DNA of 45,451 nt from the NCBI GenBank assembly GCA_035513995.1, contig DATKBL010000047.1:1-45451 (forward strand). The letters run 5' to 3'. Below the pieces are notes generated by a model. It worked only from the letters and a program-made list of their open reading frames with translations, made no database searches and was not told where the DNA came from. This DNA comes from Actinomycetota bacterium. Lineage in GTDB: Bacteria; Actinomycetota; UBA4738; CALAEC01. The position numbers and the translations under genes were made by a program. Of the stretch, positions 45,376 to 45,451 are shown piece after piece; positions within the stretch are counted from its first letter, which is position 1, and each line of letters opens with the position of its first letter.

Positions 45376-45451
45376 ATGGCGAGCACCGCAGAGCAGCTCA
45401 GAGAGCCCGACATGCTCCGGTCCTACCTCCGTGCCCTCGCGCGGACCGGGG
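45376..45451 (+). CDS. N-terminal fragment of a probable sigma-70 family factor (runs off the window)
   Basis: ATG preceded by GGGAAGGAGGG. MASTAEQLREPDMLRSYLRALARTG resembles the region 1.2 motif (D-x-V/L-R-x-YL-x-x-I-x-x-T) of group 1/2 sigma factors. Only 25 codons are visible. Confidence 0.4.
   Translation, partial: MASTAEQLREPDMLRSYLRALARTG

Overview
This is a very GC-rich, extremely gene-dense chromosomal segment. I call 46 protein-coding genes (one partial). I saw no rRNA, tRNA, CRISPR array, transposase, integrase or phage genes. Content and synteny look actinobacterial: a UPF0182 / PDZ-Lon(S16) protease / DUF2342 metalloprotease neighbourhood, Ku with a Pol-PE-Lig LigD, a PIG-L (MshB-like) deacetylase, and many apparently leaderless starts. 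Gene order (arrows show transcription direction on the minus strand): small lipoprotein; UPF0182; PDZ-S16 protease; small membrane protein; DUF1028; mreB; GNAT; DUF2342 Zn-protease; two-domain hypothetical; trpS <- aroF, preceded by a 191-nt structured leader; BMP-family ABC importer (SBP, ATPase, two permeases); upp; DUF45 peptidase; SCP2; cNMP-binding protein; membrane protein; HicB-like/HTH; radical SAM; esterase <- 87-aa Zn-ribbon ORF <- alpha/beta hydrolase <- glnD <- glnB <- ParB-like <- ku; ligD-SRPBCC; Zn-ribbon protein <- PIG-L <- hypothetical <- rmuC; SDR; tldD-tldE; a 1231-aa (GAF-PAS)x3 histidine kinase; CaCA exchanger; CoA-transferase <- aldehyde dehydrogenase; PHP phosphoesterase; and the start of a sigma-70-like gene. 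The window is mostly housekeeping, and I found no clear mobile or defence island. The observations most worth follow-up are: (1) the PII gene glnB is translationally coupled to a ParB/Srx-fold gene instead of amtB, directly downstream of ku; (2) glnD shows coding periodicity upstream of its first canonical start codon; (3) a small CxxC/HxH ORF is wedged between two hydrolase genes by overlapping stop/start codons; (4) aroF-trpS has a structured leader with a T-box-like core and mutually exclusive hairpins; (5) two genome-style signals recur across the window, namely TANNNT hexamers 6-10 nt upstream of many start codons and abutting or overlapping ends at all 8 convergent gene pairs. All functional names come from motif recognition by eye. 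No database search was run.
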